Shown here: positions 1-12,250 of the stretch, one piece after another | How positions within the stretch are numbered: the first letter of the stretch is position 1 | Layout: every line of letters begins with the position of its first letter | Origin: Negaprion brevirostris | Lineage: Eukaryota | DNA length: 64,000 nucleotides | Direction: 5' to 3' | NCBI GenBank assembly: GCA_030324005.1 | Contig: JARDVH010000169.1 | Location: 12,306,393-12,370,392, forward strand | Position numbers and translations under genes: made by a program | The notes under the pieces: generated by a model | Told to the model about the DNA's origin: nothing | What the model saw: only the letters and a program-made list of their open reading frames with translations | Database searches by the model: none

Positions 1-59
1 TCATTATTTCTTGGTTATCTTGTGGGCCATATCCCAGAGTTGTCAAAACCAATTGAATC

Positions 60-1450
60 AATATGTTTTATCTCTCTCAATTCATTTTCCACTAATCGAC
101 ATTTACTCTGACATGTTCCACATACTTGGGCAGTGATCTTATGAAAAGAATTTTAAGTATCGGAAAAGCTTGAAAACGAGAGAGAATTACGCCTTTTCTT
201 GGGCAAGCTTCCAGATGCAGTCGTACGGCATTGTGATTCTTACCAGCAGGGGGAGGGGGTGGAGTCTATTCTCATCAGGGAGCAGGCTGCTGAGCTCTTG
301 GAGCACCATTGCACAGACACCCCAATCTACCAGTGCACTGTATACACACTGGGAGATGTCACAGCCTCCACTTCCCCAAACAATGCACTCCCCTGATTGT
401 CCACCCTGCCCCAATTATTCATCAGTAACCAGATCTAAATGTGGTATTGCATTGCTTGACCCAATGGTCAGCTGTGACCTAGACTTCTTCACCAGTAGCT
501 GTGGATTTAGGAGAGAAGAATGATGAACTTGAAATTTGTTGTGACTGGAGTTTCGTGTACATAATTCTGAAGTGGTACTATCATCCTGAGAAAGTATTTG
601 GGTAATGTGTCTTAGTTTATTTGCAGATATGGCACAGCGATATTAAATAAATTAAAATTCATTCATGCATATCACAAAAATAACATGCAGCTTCTCTGTG
701 TCTTTCTCCTTTCACTCCAAAATATGTAAGTTGTATTTTAAATTTACTTTAACATCACACCAAGGATGATGCATAAAGAAGCTTTTTAAACTGTCTTTTT
801 TCATCCATATCCAAAATCAATGGTATTATTAAATCACACAAGGTAACACTTGGCAGTTTTACATGGATAAAGTTATATCACAGAAGCAGCAGATGATTAT
901 TCGAGTCTAATGGAGAAACCATCTAGGAGCTACTATATTGAAATTGATGCAACGTATGATGCATCATATTACTGCTGTTCAATGCCTTCACACAGCATCT
1001 GTCAAGAAGCGTTCATAATTTTATCAGGGTAACTTCCAATTCCAGCTTTTATAATTTTGTAAATAGTCTTAATAAACATTGTTGTTTTCATCTGTCCATT
1101 TTGTGGAATCTGCCATTTAGCCTAGTAATCTGTCTATAAATAGCTATTTGTTCTGCAGCATGAGCCACATCAATCTTTTTTGTGAATAACAGTCCATGAG
1201 TGTTCTTCACTGGTGCAGCATTGGATGTTGGCAATGCATCTCATTGGGTGAAGTTCTCAAACACATGCTATGAGAGTAAAAAGTAGAAATAAAGGCTAAA
1301 TTGGATGGCTTGCAGGTGGTTTAACCTCCATGGAACAATAGCTTTGCAAACTTTCTCCAGTGGTTGATGTGTTCTACAATACGGCAATAAGAATTCTGAT
1401 TCTTCAGCAAAACCTGTACTGCCATACATTTTTCAAGTGCTTTAATTTCT
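60..1450 (-). pseudogene. Heavily decayed DNA-transposase remnant, tentatively Academ-like
   Basis: Minus-strand translation through stops gives, in order: KQQCLLRLFTKL*, NSSNMMHHTLH...VSPLDSNNHLLLL*Y (~880-980), GSGGCDIS (~375-352), LLP...LVRITMPYDCIWKLA (~285-202) and CGTCQSKCR. This is colinear with recalled Academ motifs NK..L..FL..W / HEEADTR..LH..SDTDV.VLL / GCDT.S / LPPT..RA.YQ..IW / Cys cluster, but the spacing is shortened. Confidence 0.35.
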
Positions 1451-2399
1451 ACTTTTCAGACTTGGTGCTAAGGAAAGTATTTTGTCTTTGCAATGTATGC
1501 AGTAAGGTGAAGCAGCATATCTCAAAGCGTGATTCTTGATGCAAATTTGTATATTTGCCTACCCTTCCTGTTATTCTGTGTGACTTTATTTTAATAACAC
1601 ATAAGTGAGAGGACCAGTCCCAAAGGTTTTCAAGAAGTTGTAACAGAAAAAACAACATTCACTTAACGACACCAAAATATAATTTAGAAATTCGTACTCA
1701 TCATAAAAAAATTGCACATGCATGATTTAATTTGCTATTTATGCCTCAGTCATTAGTTTGATAAGTCTTTCAAGAGAAACAAAAAGTAAATGTTAAAATT
1801 GGTAAACTTGATACCTCTAAGTCTCTTTAGTTATACTTTAACTTTCTTTTCAAATTTTCCTTTAGCCCAGCTACTTTTACCATCCTGTTCCTCCTTTCAC
1901 CAGAAGGATTGGGTGGTCATGCTTTCAAAATTATCCACCACAGCTAGATACACCCAATCTTTAGTCATTTAGGAGCTTGATTGAGAACTAGCCAAACTTT
2001 ATAAGTGGAAGTGAGTTTTGAACTCAATAGATGGGATTCAAACTTAAAATCCTACTCTTGGACAACCAGTGCAGGGTTAGTAATAGAGTTCTGTAATTGC
2101 ATGTCCAGTTCCAAATTGCTGATTTTTTGAAATATATTTGAATTTTGAATTTCTTAGATATCAGAAAATACACTATATTGAAAATTAACAAAGTATGCCT
2201 TAATTATTAATTTGATAGGCTGAAATAAAATATATAGTTTGATTTGTTTTAGCTGCAATGGAGTTGCAGTACAAATTACATTGGTATATTTGCATATCAC
2301 TTCTTCACAGTACAGAACGCTGACCATAGTTAAGTTTCTCCTGAACCATTAGCTTCTGAACTTGCAGTCTCTTTTAATCAACTGAAAGTCCTCCATGTA

Positions 2400-2860
2400 C
2401 AAGGACACATAAAATTTATTGCTGGCCAAAGACGGATGGCAAAAACAGTATGCATAAATAAAATAAAAGATGAACAATGATTGTGCTGTTGAAGACCTGG
2501 CTGAATAAGTATGTCAGGTACTGATTGGAAGAATGATAAATGGACTGGCCTAACAAAGGATTGACTGCTTGAAAAGACAGGGCTTTTTAATGGATGGAAG
2601 GAGAGGAGGCCTCATTTAAAAAGGAAGGGCTGTTTTCAGCAGAGATATGACAAAAGGAAGCAGACAACCATTGATTTATGTTCGAGAATGACAGTTGAAA
2701 AATTCAACAATAATCATGACAAATGAGGAGAGATGCGGCCGGAAAAAAATGCCAATACTTGGAGCCTGAAAAGAAATGCCAAGGTCACAAAGTGAGGTCC
2801 CCGAACTGCTGTTTTAGACACTCTAATGGAACTATTGGAAAAGAAGGGGACAGGTTAAAA
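2400..2860 (-). mobile_element. Old L2-type LINE RT/3' remnant
   Basis: The reverse complement contains a ctttgtgaccttggcatttc (VRDLG-like) segment followed by SRLDYCN-like sequence typical of the L2 ORF2 C-terminus. Very degraded. Confidence 0.35.
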
Positions 2861-5370
2861 TAGATGATTCGGAGAAAAGGGTTGAAGGTTATGGTATTTT
2901 CATTTTTTTTCCTAACCCAAGGTATAAATAAAATCTTGATCAGAAATGTTACTGAATGCTAAGGACAAACTGACCATTAAAAGAAAATCATTTTTACTCA
3001 CCACCACCAATCCCTCCCCACGTTCATATTTGGAACGGGACAGAGATGATATTTAAAAGCAGTAATAACACTGTTTTTCATCAGCAAATTATGAGTCTGC
3101 AACTAATCTGGGAGGAAACCGATTTAAAACGGGAGAAATGATTAAATTGCACATTCTTCTACTTTGGCAAAGAAGATGAAGCATAAAATCTCCAATTAAG
3201 ATGCTTTCGCTGATCTTACAGATTGCAAGAAACAACAAGGACTGAAATAGCTAGGTAGATCAATCTCTTCTATTTCAGATAAACTGTGATCTGTAATGGC
3301 TCGTCACAACTCCACTTACACCTGGGGCTGCAGTCAGGCATTAAGGGAGCACAGCCTCTTCAGATGAAGCATTTTCTAATCAGCTTTATCACTCATATCT
3401 GAATTTATCTTATTTGAAGAAAATGCCAATATATNNNNNNNNNNNNNNNNNNNNNNNNNNNNNNNNNNNNNNNNNNNNNNNNNNNNNNNNNNNNNNNNNN
3501 NNNNNNNNNNNNNNNNNNNNNNNNNNNNNNNNNNNNNNNNNNNNNNNNNNNNNNNNNNNNNNNNNNNNNNNNNNNNNNNNNNNNNNNNNNNNNNNNNNNN
3601 NNNNNNNNNNNNNNNNNNNNNNNNNNNNNNNNNNNNNNGTGGGATGGAAGAAATTGTAGGAAATGCAAGGGGGATTGGCACGGCTTACTTGAGAGGTTTC
3701 TGTGCAGTGACAGATTATAATAGCTCTCGCATTGTTTGTGTTTAGTGTTGCAGAGTCTCTCCAATATCCCCTTGTCTTCCCCCTACATTTGAAACTGTGA
3801 GATGGGAAGGTTGTAATTTACAGTGTGTTATCTTTGTCTATAGCTCCAAGATGATATGAAGTAAATCAAGGTACGAGTAATGAAAGACTGAAAATTTATT
3901 CCTTGAAGCACAGTTTTAAGTGTAGTATCTGTTATAGTGGCACTGCCTGAAGACCCTGAAATGAGACTGGATGAAGGGAAATAAAGAAGCATGGGAGTTC
4001 ATGTTAATGCTGTTTGTCTGTGGTTAGTAATTGGGTTTCTCTGATGAGTTACGTGAAGACAAAGTGTGCATCCTAGCAAGTATTGTAAATCTTACATTGT
4101 TGGAACAAGAGCAATCCTTACAAATATTGATCCACTTCTGCACCAGAGGCAAGAAAAGCAGTGTGTTACTGGGCTGGTATAGAGTCAGTGTCACAAATTA
4201 CCAATGTGAAGATAGAGCTCTACCATTTTAATTTTTGAGTAATACTGATAATTAAAATATATGCTGGATTAACCATTTATTAAACACACTGTTGCTTTGC
4301 ATCAAAAATAAATAGAGATATTATGTACCTGCTCTTTANNNNNNNNNNNNNNNNNNNNNNNNNNNNNNNNNNNNNNNNNNNNNNNNNNNNNNNNNNNNNN
4401 NNNNNNNNNNNNNNNNNNNNNNNNNNNNNNNNNNNNNNAAGTACCTGCTCTTTAAAAATATCCTAGGATGTTTTTGTTTTATTTTACAACATTTTATATA
4501 AATAAGTGGGCTATTGTATTTGTTTTGGTGTTGAAGTCATGTGAAACCTATTTGAAATAGATGGATAGAATGTGCCAAATTCTGACATTTAGTTTTGTTA
4601 TATTGGTGCTGTTATTGGGTTTGTGAGTTTTGTTTTATTATTTTAGAGGTATGTCTAATCAGTGATTTTAATGCACATTGTAAGGATCATAATTAGGACA
4701 TTATTGAGAAATTTTTGTTTTCTTTCAATCAGAGCTTTATTAATGTGGTGGAAAGGTAAAGAAATTAAAATTATAATAAAGTGCATTTGTAGGGTTATTA
4801 CTGATATTTCGAGGGGTAAAAAACATGTAGTGTGCTTCTCCACCATCTTCAATTTCACTGATCCTGAGAAGGGTGGCTGCTATCCAACTGGTTTTGGCAT
4901 TCCAAGATTAGGTTGCAAATGACAAAAATTGCTCGAACATCAGATGCTTGTGGATGATTGGTGTGCACAGGCAAATACTAGTATGGGTCACTGGTTGTGT
5001 CAACCACTCCCAAGCTAGATATTCCATAGTTAGCTGCATGATAATGCACACTGTACTCTGACCCATAATAAGTCTTAACCCCAATATCAAAAGAGCATTT
5101 CTCTGTACCAGGCACTCTGTACTGATTTACTCTGAATGCTGAAGCTTTTCTTATAAGATAATGAAGGGAAGCTTTCCACTATGAGTCCATAACCACTGGG
5201 GAGTGTGTTAACACTGACCCAATTCATTCATGCAGTTGTTTACCAAAGAGAAACAAAACTTCAATCACATCAGGTTCCAGAATGAAATCCAAGTCACTAA
5301 TCTATTGAGCTCGTCATCCTTAAATTCTTGATCTTCTGAAAGGAAATAAATGGACCATTTTTTTCTTAAG

Positions 5371-5612
5371 TAGTAAGAACTCTCACAACACAACAGGTTA
5401 AAGTCCAACAGGTTTATTTGGAATCACGAACTTTTGGAGCACTGCTCCTTCATCAGGTAAGTGATCACTAAGTTCCCCAGTTGATCTTCTCACCTGATGA
5501 AGGAGCAGTGCTCTGAAAGCTTGTGATACCAAATAAACCTGTTGGATTTAACCTTGTGTTGTGAGACTTCTTACTGTGCCCACCCCAGTCCAATGCAAAC
5601 ATCTCCACATCA
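5371..5612. mobile_element. Non-autonomous fold-back element derived from a Penelope-like terminal repeat
   Basis: Inverted arms 5372-5458 and 5492-5575 with a 33-nt spacer, then the tail gtgcccaccccagtccaatgcaaacatctccacatca. Flanked by the direct repeat TTTCTTAAG (5362-5370 and 5613-5621). A single-arm copy lies at 55573-55654. Confidence 0.75.
5490..5526 (+). ncRNA. Minimal type I hammerhead ribozyme-like motif
   Basis: TCAC-CTGATGA-A-GGAGC-agt-GCTCT-GAAA-GCT-T-GTGA. It has the CUGANGA and GAAA core boxes, stem II GGAGC/GCUCU, a palindromic minimal stem III (AGCU) and stem I UCAC/GUGA. Confidence 0.6.
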
Positions 5613-6629
5613 TTTCTTAAGGAGCATTGCATAAGATATGGTTGAACATAATATTCTACTCCATTAGACTTGGCCTATTTCCAATTGTAAAAATGGTGAA
5701 AATATGTTAAAACATGAAAGGAACTAAAATCATTCTTGTGATTTGAAGAATTTGAGGAAGATTTTTGGCAAGTGTACCAAATCACGTTGTGTTGTACTTT
5801 GTGTATAACATGTAATTGGGTTTGAAAGCATGTTTTGTAAATGTCTGCAGCCTCTTAGAATTATTGTAGCAAGGTCTTACATGGGTGAAGGCAGGAGATT
5901 TTACTGAGATAGAAGAAGGTGTCTTTGTGATGTGCGGTATGTGAATTTGGAAACTCAATTGGGGAGAAGGCATAATTCCCACCAAAAAGAATTTGTGCTT
6001 TTCTCAATACTTTATTTGAAAACAGTGAGCTTAAAAACTGAGAGTTTTTGTCACAATTGTCAAGCACAAAGTTTGATTTGAACTGTGCTATTCTGGACAG
6101 GGATTAAACAGAAATAACACGGAAACTTGAACCTTGTACTTTAGGCATGATAAGTCTTATTAAATGGAACGAAAGACAGAATATTGGTGATACATACCAT
6201 CAATTTAGGCATATGCATATTTTTCATTTTTGAAAAGTAAATTCATCTTTAATAACCAACAGGCAGAAAGATGCTACAAAGGAAATGTTATACAACAAAA
6301 AGTTTTCATTACGTATTTTACATAATAAAATGCTGTGAAATGATTGACAGAGATGATTCAAAGTAATAATGGGAGAAGAGTTAGGAACAGGAATCACAGG
6401 CAAAATCAGAGGTAAGTCTTTGAAGAAGTGCAGAGGCATTTAAAAAGTTGCTGATGGCAGATTAGGGGCTGAATTTAAAGAAAAGCAGAGCAAGGACAAC
6501 AGGGGACCTGTCATGGTGTACAGGAGGTTGGAAAAATGAGGAGTGAGGCCATGAATAATTTCTAGATGAGGACAATGATATTGAACTGAATGGGGGAAAT
6601 CTTACTAATAAAATTCTGAGTGAGTGTGA

Positions 6630-7290
6630 AAATGGGAGAGAATCGCACCCTATTTTTGAGCAAGTTTTCAGAAGGTATATTATGCTACTTAGTGCAAAAA
6701 AAAGAAGCAAAATGTGATTCATGCCATTAGGGAGAGTGAATGGAGTTCATTCTCACTGGGAAGCCAGCTGCTCAATGGTAGAGGGCCCCATTGTGCATGC
6801 ACCAATGTCTGTNNNNNNNNNNNNNNNNNNNNNNNNNNNNNNNNNNNNNNNNNNNNNNNNNNNNNNNNNNNNNNNNNNNNNNNNNNNNNNNNNNNNNNNN
6901 NNNNNNNNNNNNCTGGCCAATCCCAAATTGCAGAGTGCACAGCCCCACTGCCTCCCCTTAGGCTATGCCCCCTTCATGCTCCATCCCTTCCCTCACCCTG
7001 CCCCTTTGCACTGCCTGGTGAGCCTTGCCAGGCTGGCATTGCTGAATGCTAGAGGGCCCCATTGTGCATGGTCACTCTTGCTCTGACCACCTGGGGGGCC
7101 TCAATGGGTTCTAGTCCCACCAATTCTGTCTTGGATTCACTAATCACTTTAAAATTAGGGTTGAAGTATTTAAATCAACCAAAGGGTGTGAAGCTGATCA
7201 TGTCAGCAATCCAGGACTGATAGAATCGTAAGAGGCGCGAACTCAGTTTTTTGCTTTTTGCGCAATCTTACCAGCTCACCGCACCGATTG
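6630..7290. mobile_element. GC-rich MITE-like non-autonomous DNA element (shark family), spans a gap
   Basis: gggagagaatcgc-type terminus and GC-rich core. It shares the segments ctcactaatcac...ttaaa and ggcagtgcc with the copies at 23690-24600 and 33364-34570. Confidence 0.5.
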
Positions 7291-7329
7291 ACCAGTATGG
7301 TGAGCTGATAAGATGTTTTTAAGGTTTGG

Positions 7330-7860
7330 AAACCATTAGCTAATGTGGGATAAAAGGCCTTTTGGCAAGGCAATATGCAGGTAACAGATTTTTGAACAAT
7401 TTGGACTTTATGCAAGTAGGAACTGAGGAGTTTACAAACAGAACTTGGGATTAGTTCAGGAAGGTGACAAAATTATTGGAATGACTGTTTCAGCAGCAAT
7501 AGTTATGTGATTGGAGAAATGTAGATGATATCACAATGGTAGAAATGGATTGAGCCTACTGTGACAGAATTCTACCCTTTCCTGAAGGTCAAACAGGGAT
7601 CTGAGGTTACGTGTTTGAATGCAGCCTGAGAGTGCAATCCAGGAGAAATGTGGTATTGGATTAGGGTGCAGAGCTTTAGGTGGATCTCAATGGACTGGCA
7701 CTGGCTTTTGATGATTGTGGAAAATTCTTCCTTTGCCACATTTGATGCTTTTATAGAGTGCAGATGGAGGAGTAGAATGACTGCATACAAATGGGAACCA
7801 ATTCCTTCATTACAGGTTACACAAATGGATTAAACCCACACAGGGAGACCATTGTTGGGA
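7330..7860 (-). mobile_element. Old L2 LINE RT remnant
   Basis: The reverse complement shows a decayed YADD region (plus-strand tgactgcatacaaatg, ~7778-7793) and a VRNLG.FD-like segment (gtcaaacagggatctgaggttacg). Confidence 0.45.
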
Positions 7861-8099
7861 GGTGAAGCATTAAAGGAGGTAAGCGGAGTATGTAATGTTA
7901 GGTAGAAGTAAAATCAGGTAAAGGATCCTGCATACCTTTTGAGCCACTGCCATGTTAAACTTTGCCAGAAATTCTAGATTGTAATAACTTTACGCAACTT
8001 ATGTTTCTTCATCTATAAGAAACATGTGCATTTAGCAACAACCCAGTTTCACCACTGTTATTCCTGAATGAAACATTGTATGCTTTAAAAATTTTTTAA

Positions 8100-9860
8100 A
8101 TGATAGAATTACTAGTAAATAAATATGTTTGTAAAATTCAGGGACAGCTTATTGGCACTTTTGTTTGAAGATGTATCATCTTTAGAAACAAAGATCCATT
8201 CCATTAAACTTAAAATACTGTAATTTAAAAGGCAGCGATACATTGTTTTCACACTGACTTTGATTTAGGTTTGGCAAATGTGTTGTTCCTTCCTTTTCTG
8301 TCTGTCAGGAAAGAAGATAGACTGGGACAGAAGTTAAAGAGACTGTTGGCAGGAGATTAAACAGGCTACTGCAAATTCGATTAATGCGCCATATTTTGTC
8401 CCAGTGCTTTTCTTGTATGATGTGCAGTATTGGATTTATTTTAAAGCTGGAACATTCTCTGTTCAGAATGATGGGGCCAGGCAGTATGTATTTCTCTGTC
8501 AGGGATGTTGGCTGGTTTGCCAATTTTATTTCTATCAGATGATACTAATGTCCAGTTTATCATCGAGCCTTGCAGACTAACATGAAATTCTTTTCCCTGA
8601 TGTTTGACATGAAGATAATTGCTGATGGCTAACAGGGCTATTTGGAATCTGGGTCTGAGATGCAATCGAAAGTAAAGTAAAACAGAAGCTACACATTAAT
8701 TTTCTAACCTAGTGAGTTTCAGACTCTTGGTGAAATCTGTAGTTTGTTATCATCATTTGTATAACTAGTGTGTTCACAATATAATAATAGATACAGAAAG
8801 ATTCAAGGGTTGTCTCCTCAGGAAATAGGCCAAAGTTTTTAACAAGCCCTACAATTATTACAGGTGGTCTCAAGTGTCATTTGCTAATAAGCTACTGACC
8901 TCAGCAAAGAAGGCAGAAGGGAAGATATAGGAGAGGAAAATGTCTGTTTTGTTCCATTGAAGCAGCTGCTTACCACACATTTATATTTCGATGCCGCTAG
9001 CGATTAAACTTTGTTTGCAGCATCTTACTGTGATTTTTGAATTTACATTTTCAATGCTACAAGGCATTTTTTTGGCCAAAAGGGTGGACAATGTTAATGT
9101 TACAGGCCTCTGAGTGCTGGATTATAACCAATTGCTGGAATGCAATAACTTTCTTCTTTTCCTTCTGTCCAAAGAAGTGATTGGTCTACCTTAAGTGCTC
9201 AGCCTCCAATGTCAGGTTGAACCAAACAACATATGCGTCCTTTATCTACCCTAATAACATACAGGCTCATGAGGCACACGATCCAAAATGCACCATGTGC
9301 ATGAATCAGTTCCATGCATCCCTTTTACTAATGGTTCAAATTATAATATTTATAAATTTCTAATTATAAGGACAGAAATATTTCAATTAACAGCAATGTA
9401 AAAACACAAAATCTCTCAATACAATAATTTTCAAATGCCTCTCCTTAGTAGTTTGAAACATTAGCGATTGTTTGTTCTGTATTTTCTTTCTTTTACTAGT
9501 ACTTACCACTATTGACCCCAAGTAGTATTTTTCCAAATGGCAGTGGAAGTAATTTGAAATATTGATTGGCAGTGCAGTTAAGTTGTCAACACAACCATTT
9601 AATTTGTCAGAAAGACTTGTTAAATTGTCAAAAATCATATAAAAACCCCTTCAGCCATTGAAGATATACATCAAGGTTGTTGTCGAATCAAATTATTCAT
9701 TCTGAGAATGAAGGTAAGAGGACTCCAAAAGTGTCCATTTGTCAGTATGCAAGAAATCTTGGATGTGGGCCAAGATTTACCAACCTTTGATGGAAGTAGT
9801 GCTGATATGAGCAAAATATGCAACTTCAAACTTACTGTGAAAAATGCATTTAAGATCATC
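8100..9860 (-). pseudogene. Decayed intron-containing DNA-transposase remnant, tentatively Sola3-like
   Basis: An exon-like block at 9859-9507 is bounded by tttttaatacAG and GTAAGT and reads in one frame with three stops (...LLESSYLHSQNE*FDSTTTLMYIFNG*RGFYMIFDNLTSLSDKL...). Downstream frames give HFGSCAS..., LEAEHLR*TNH, GPIILNRECSSFK..ILHIIQEKH and KLQYFKFNGMDLCF*R*Y. Confidence 0.35.
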
Positions 9861-10429
9861 TGTATTAAAATAACTAGCGGTTTTATTATTTTTTATCAAC
9901 ATCTACAGCAACATAATTATTCTCAAGGAAAAATGTCCTTTATATGCAGAAACATTGCCATTTAAAATTTTGATCTTGAATTTGAAACAAAATTAATCCA
10001 TCAGCTAAATAGTTGTTGACTACAACTCTTTCAACATCATTATTAGCTTCTTGATTCATACTCACATCCAATGTGAGGTATTAGTATGAATATCAATATT
10101 TTGCAAAACTAGTGAACACGAAACAAAACATTCCTTTTAGGCATTGCTTCTATATTTCTTATGTGAAACCTGCTCAAGATGAATACTGAGGAGGATATTG
10201 TGTGGATGCAACAAATTCAAAACTTTTCTTTAAAGTTTTATTGAATTAAAGAATTATGTACTGAAGAAAATGAAAAGAAATCCCTTATGTTGAGCCATCA
10301 GCACTGGATTCATATAACGATTCTCAGTTGGAGAAAAGCCACTTGACATCTTTAGAACATTTTGAAGATGTTCAGATTATAAAATCTGACCTATTTCCTC
10401 TCAAATCCTTCATTTCATGTATATTCAGT

Positions 10430-10770
10430 TTAGAATTTTATAATGCAGAAATAGTCATTCAGCCTAACAGGTTTACGTCGCTTTCTATCTTTCTCAACCT
10501 CATCCTTTCAACATATCATTCTACCTTTCCTCTGTCATGTAATTATCTAACTCCCCTTTAAATGCGTCTATGAATTTGCCTCAACTGCTGCTTGTGGTAA
10601 AAAGTTCCAAATTCTCTCCACTCCCTAGATAAAGAAGTTCCTCCTGGATTCCTTTTGAATTTATTCAGTAACACTCTGGCCCATAGTTTTGAACTCTGCA
10701 AAAATATCATTCTTCTTCCAAATCTATCAAACTCCTTCACAATTGTAAAGACCTGTACAAGCTTACCTCC
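10430..10770 (-). mobile_element. CR1 LINE 3' end
   Basis: Typical reverse-oriented CR1 3' region (ccttaaatgc...ctcaactgctgcttgtgg...ttccaaattct...aagaagttcctcctg). Confidence 0.75.
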
Positions 10771-10919
10771 ACACCCGCCCCACCCCCACACCCCCCGCCC
10801 CAGTGATGCATTTAGGTGTGAGGTTTGGGATTTCTTCTCATAACGTCAAATCTACAATAATTTGTCACAGGCTGGTTCAAATTATAAAAACTTGAGTATT
10901 CATTGGAATTACAGATATC

Positions 10920-12250
10920 ACTGGGAAAATAAAACATGCTGTCAGGATGGGGAAAAAAAGACATGCTGTCAGGACAGATGCAAGAATATCAAATTTCAAA
11001 GGGAACAGCAATTTACGCTGCATGAGAAAGGTGTGTTAATTGGTTGGCAGTCAACTCTGGTTGAGGCTTTGCCATGAGGAATGCACCAGGAAACTATTGT
11101 CCTTGGTGTTTTTGTTTAATCAAAGAAAGGCACAATGGCTGGACATGTTTCTTTTACCTGCACAGGACAGGCCATGGCTTATGAAAATGCTTCCAGCAAG
11201 CATAAGTGAGCCATATTGCAAGCCTTAAATGGCTTAAAAAGCCTTAAGCCTTAGTCTTAAATGTGTTTGTTAGTGTGATTCTTAGAACACTCAGGATTGT
11301 TCAAGTGCTGTCCCAGTCACAGAATTGCATCTAATGTTAGTTATTATGTTGTGAGTTTTGCAAGCATGGGCTGAATAAGTACAGTCAATACTCTGCCTAT
11401 TGCAAATACCTAAAGGGAAATGTTGTTTGATATAATCAGCCAGTCATTGGGCTAAATGGCTAATGTACCTGGCATTATACTCGGGCTGAAATTCACATTC
11501 CATATTACTCATTTGTGTGGTGGGCAGTCATCTTTTTGGCTTGATGGCAGCATCCAATTAGTGGAAAATGCCACTCACGTCGCTACTATTTTGTAAATTG
11601 ATTAGCCTCAACTGTTCCTCAAATTTTTGAGGCAGCTTACTCTTCCAGAGTAATTTTAAATACATTGAGCACTTTTAAGTCTGAAAATGGTGGGCTTAGG
11701 CCTAATCATGGGATTGAGCAGTACACTATGAGCAATGACTTGATTGGTGTAGCCACTATCCCACGTGATATCTTTGTGCACTATTTCGGCATCCAGTTTG
11801 CATAGTGGGCAATTATTTCAAACCCTATTTACAAGATTGCCGATAAGACCAATCTCATAGCATGAAGAGCTGTAGGTATCCCAAAATGCATATTTATGCC
11901 CAAAGAAACAATTTACGATTATCAGTTGGACTCACAATGTTGCTCACTTACACTTGTTGGAAGCTACATATATCTATACGTAGAAACTTGTCCTCTGAAA
12001 TATAAAGGAACATGTCCAGGAATTTGACCTTTTTTTGATTAAACTATAATATGAAGGACAGTAGTTCCCTGGTGTATTCAGCATGATAAAGCCTTGACCA
12101 ATCAAAACCAACTTGCCAACCAATCAGCACCCATTGCTCATGCATTATAAGTTGTTACTCCCTTTGAAATTTGACAACTTGGCATCTGTCCTGATGAATG
12201 CTTGATGAGAAATACTGATCACGTCTCTTTTATCAGCAATATTCTGTACC
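10920..12250 (-). mobile_element. Penelope-like retroelement remnant (RT C-terminus + GIY-YIG) with inverted terminal-repeat fragment
   Basis: Minus strand ~11910-11460 reads, with frameshifts, WDTYSSSCYEIGLIGNLVNRV*NNCPLCKLDAEI...DSGYTNQVI...YLKLLWKSKLPQKFEEQ...FSTNWMLPSSQKD.LPTTQMSNMECEFQPEYNARYI. This matches a PLE thumb/linker followed by a decayed GIY-YIG. 10968-11100 and 12060-12200 are diverged inverted copies of the terminal repeat. Confidence 0.8.

Noticed and set aside
4790-5050. Coding-like stretch (minus: YHAANYGISSLGVVDTTSDPY*...)
   Set aside because: Only one vague transposase-like segment, too weak to call.
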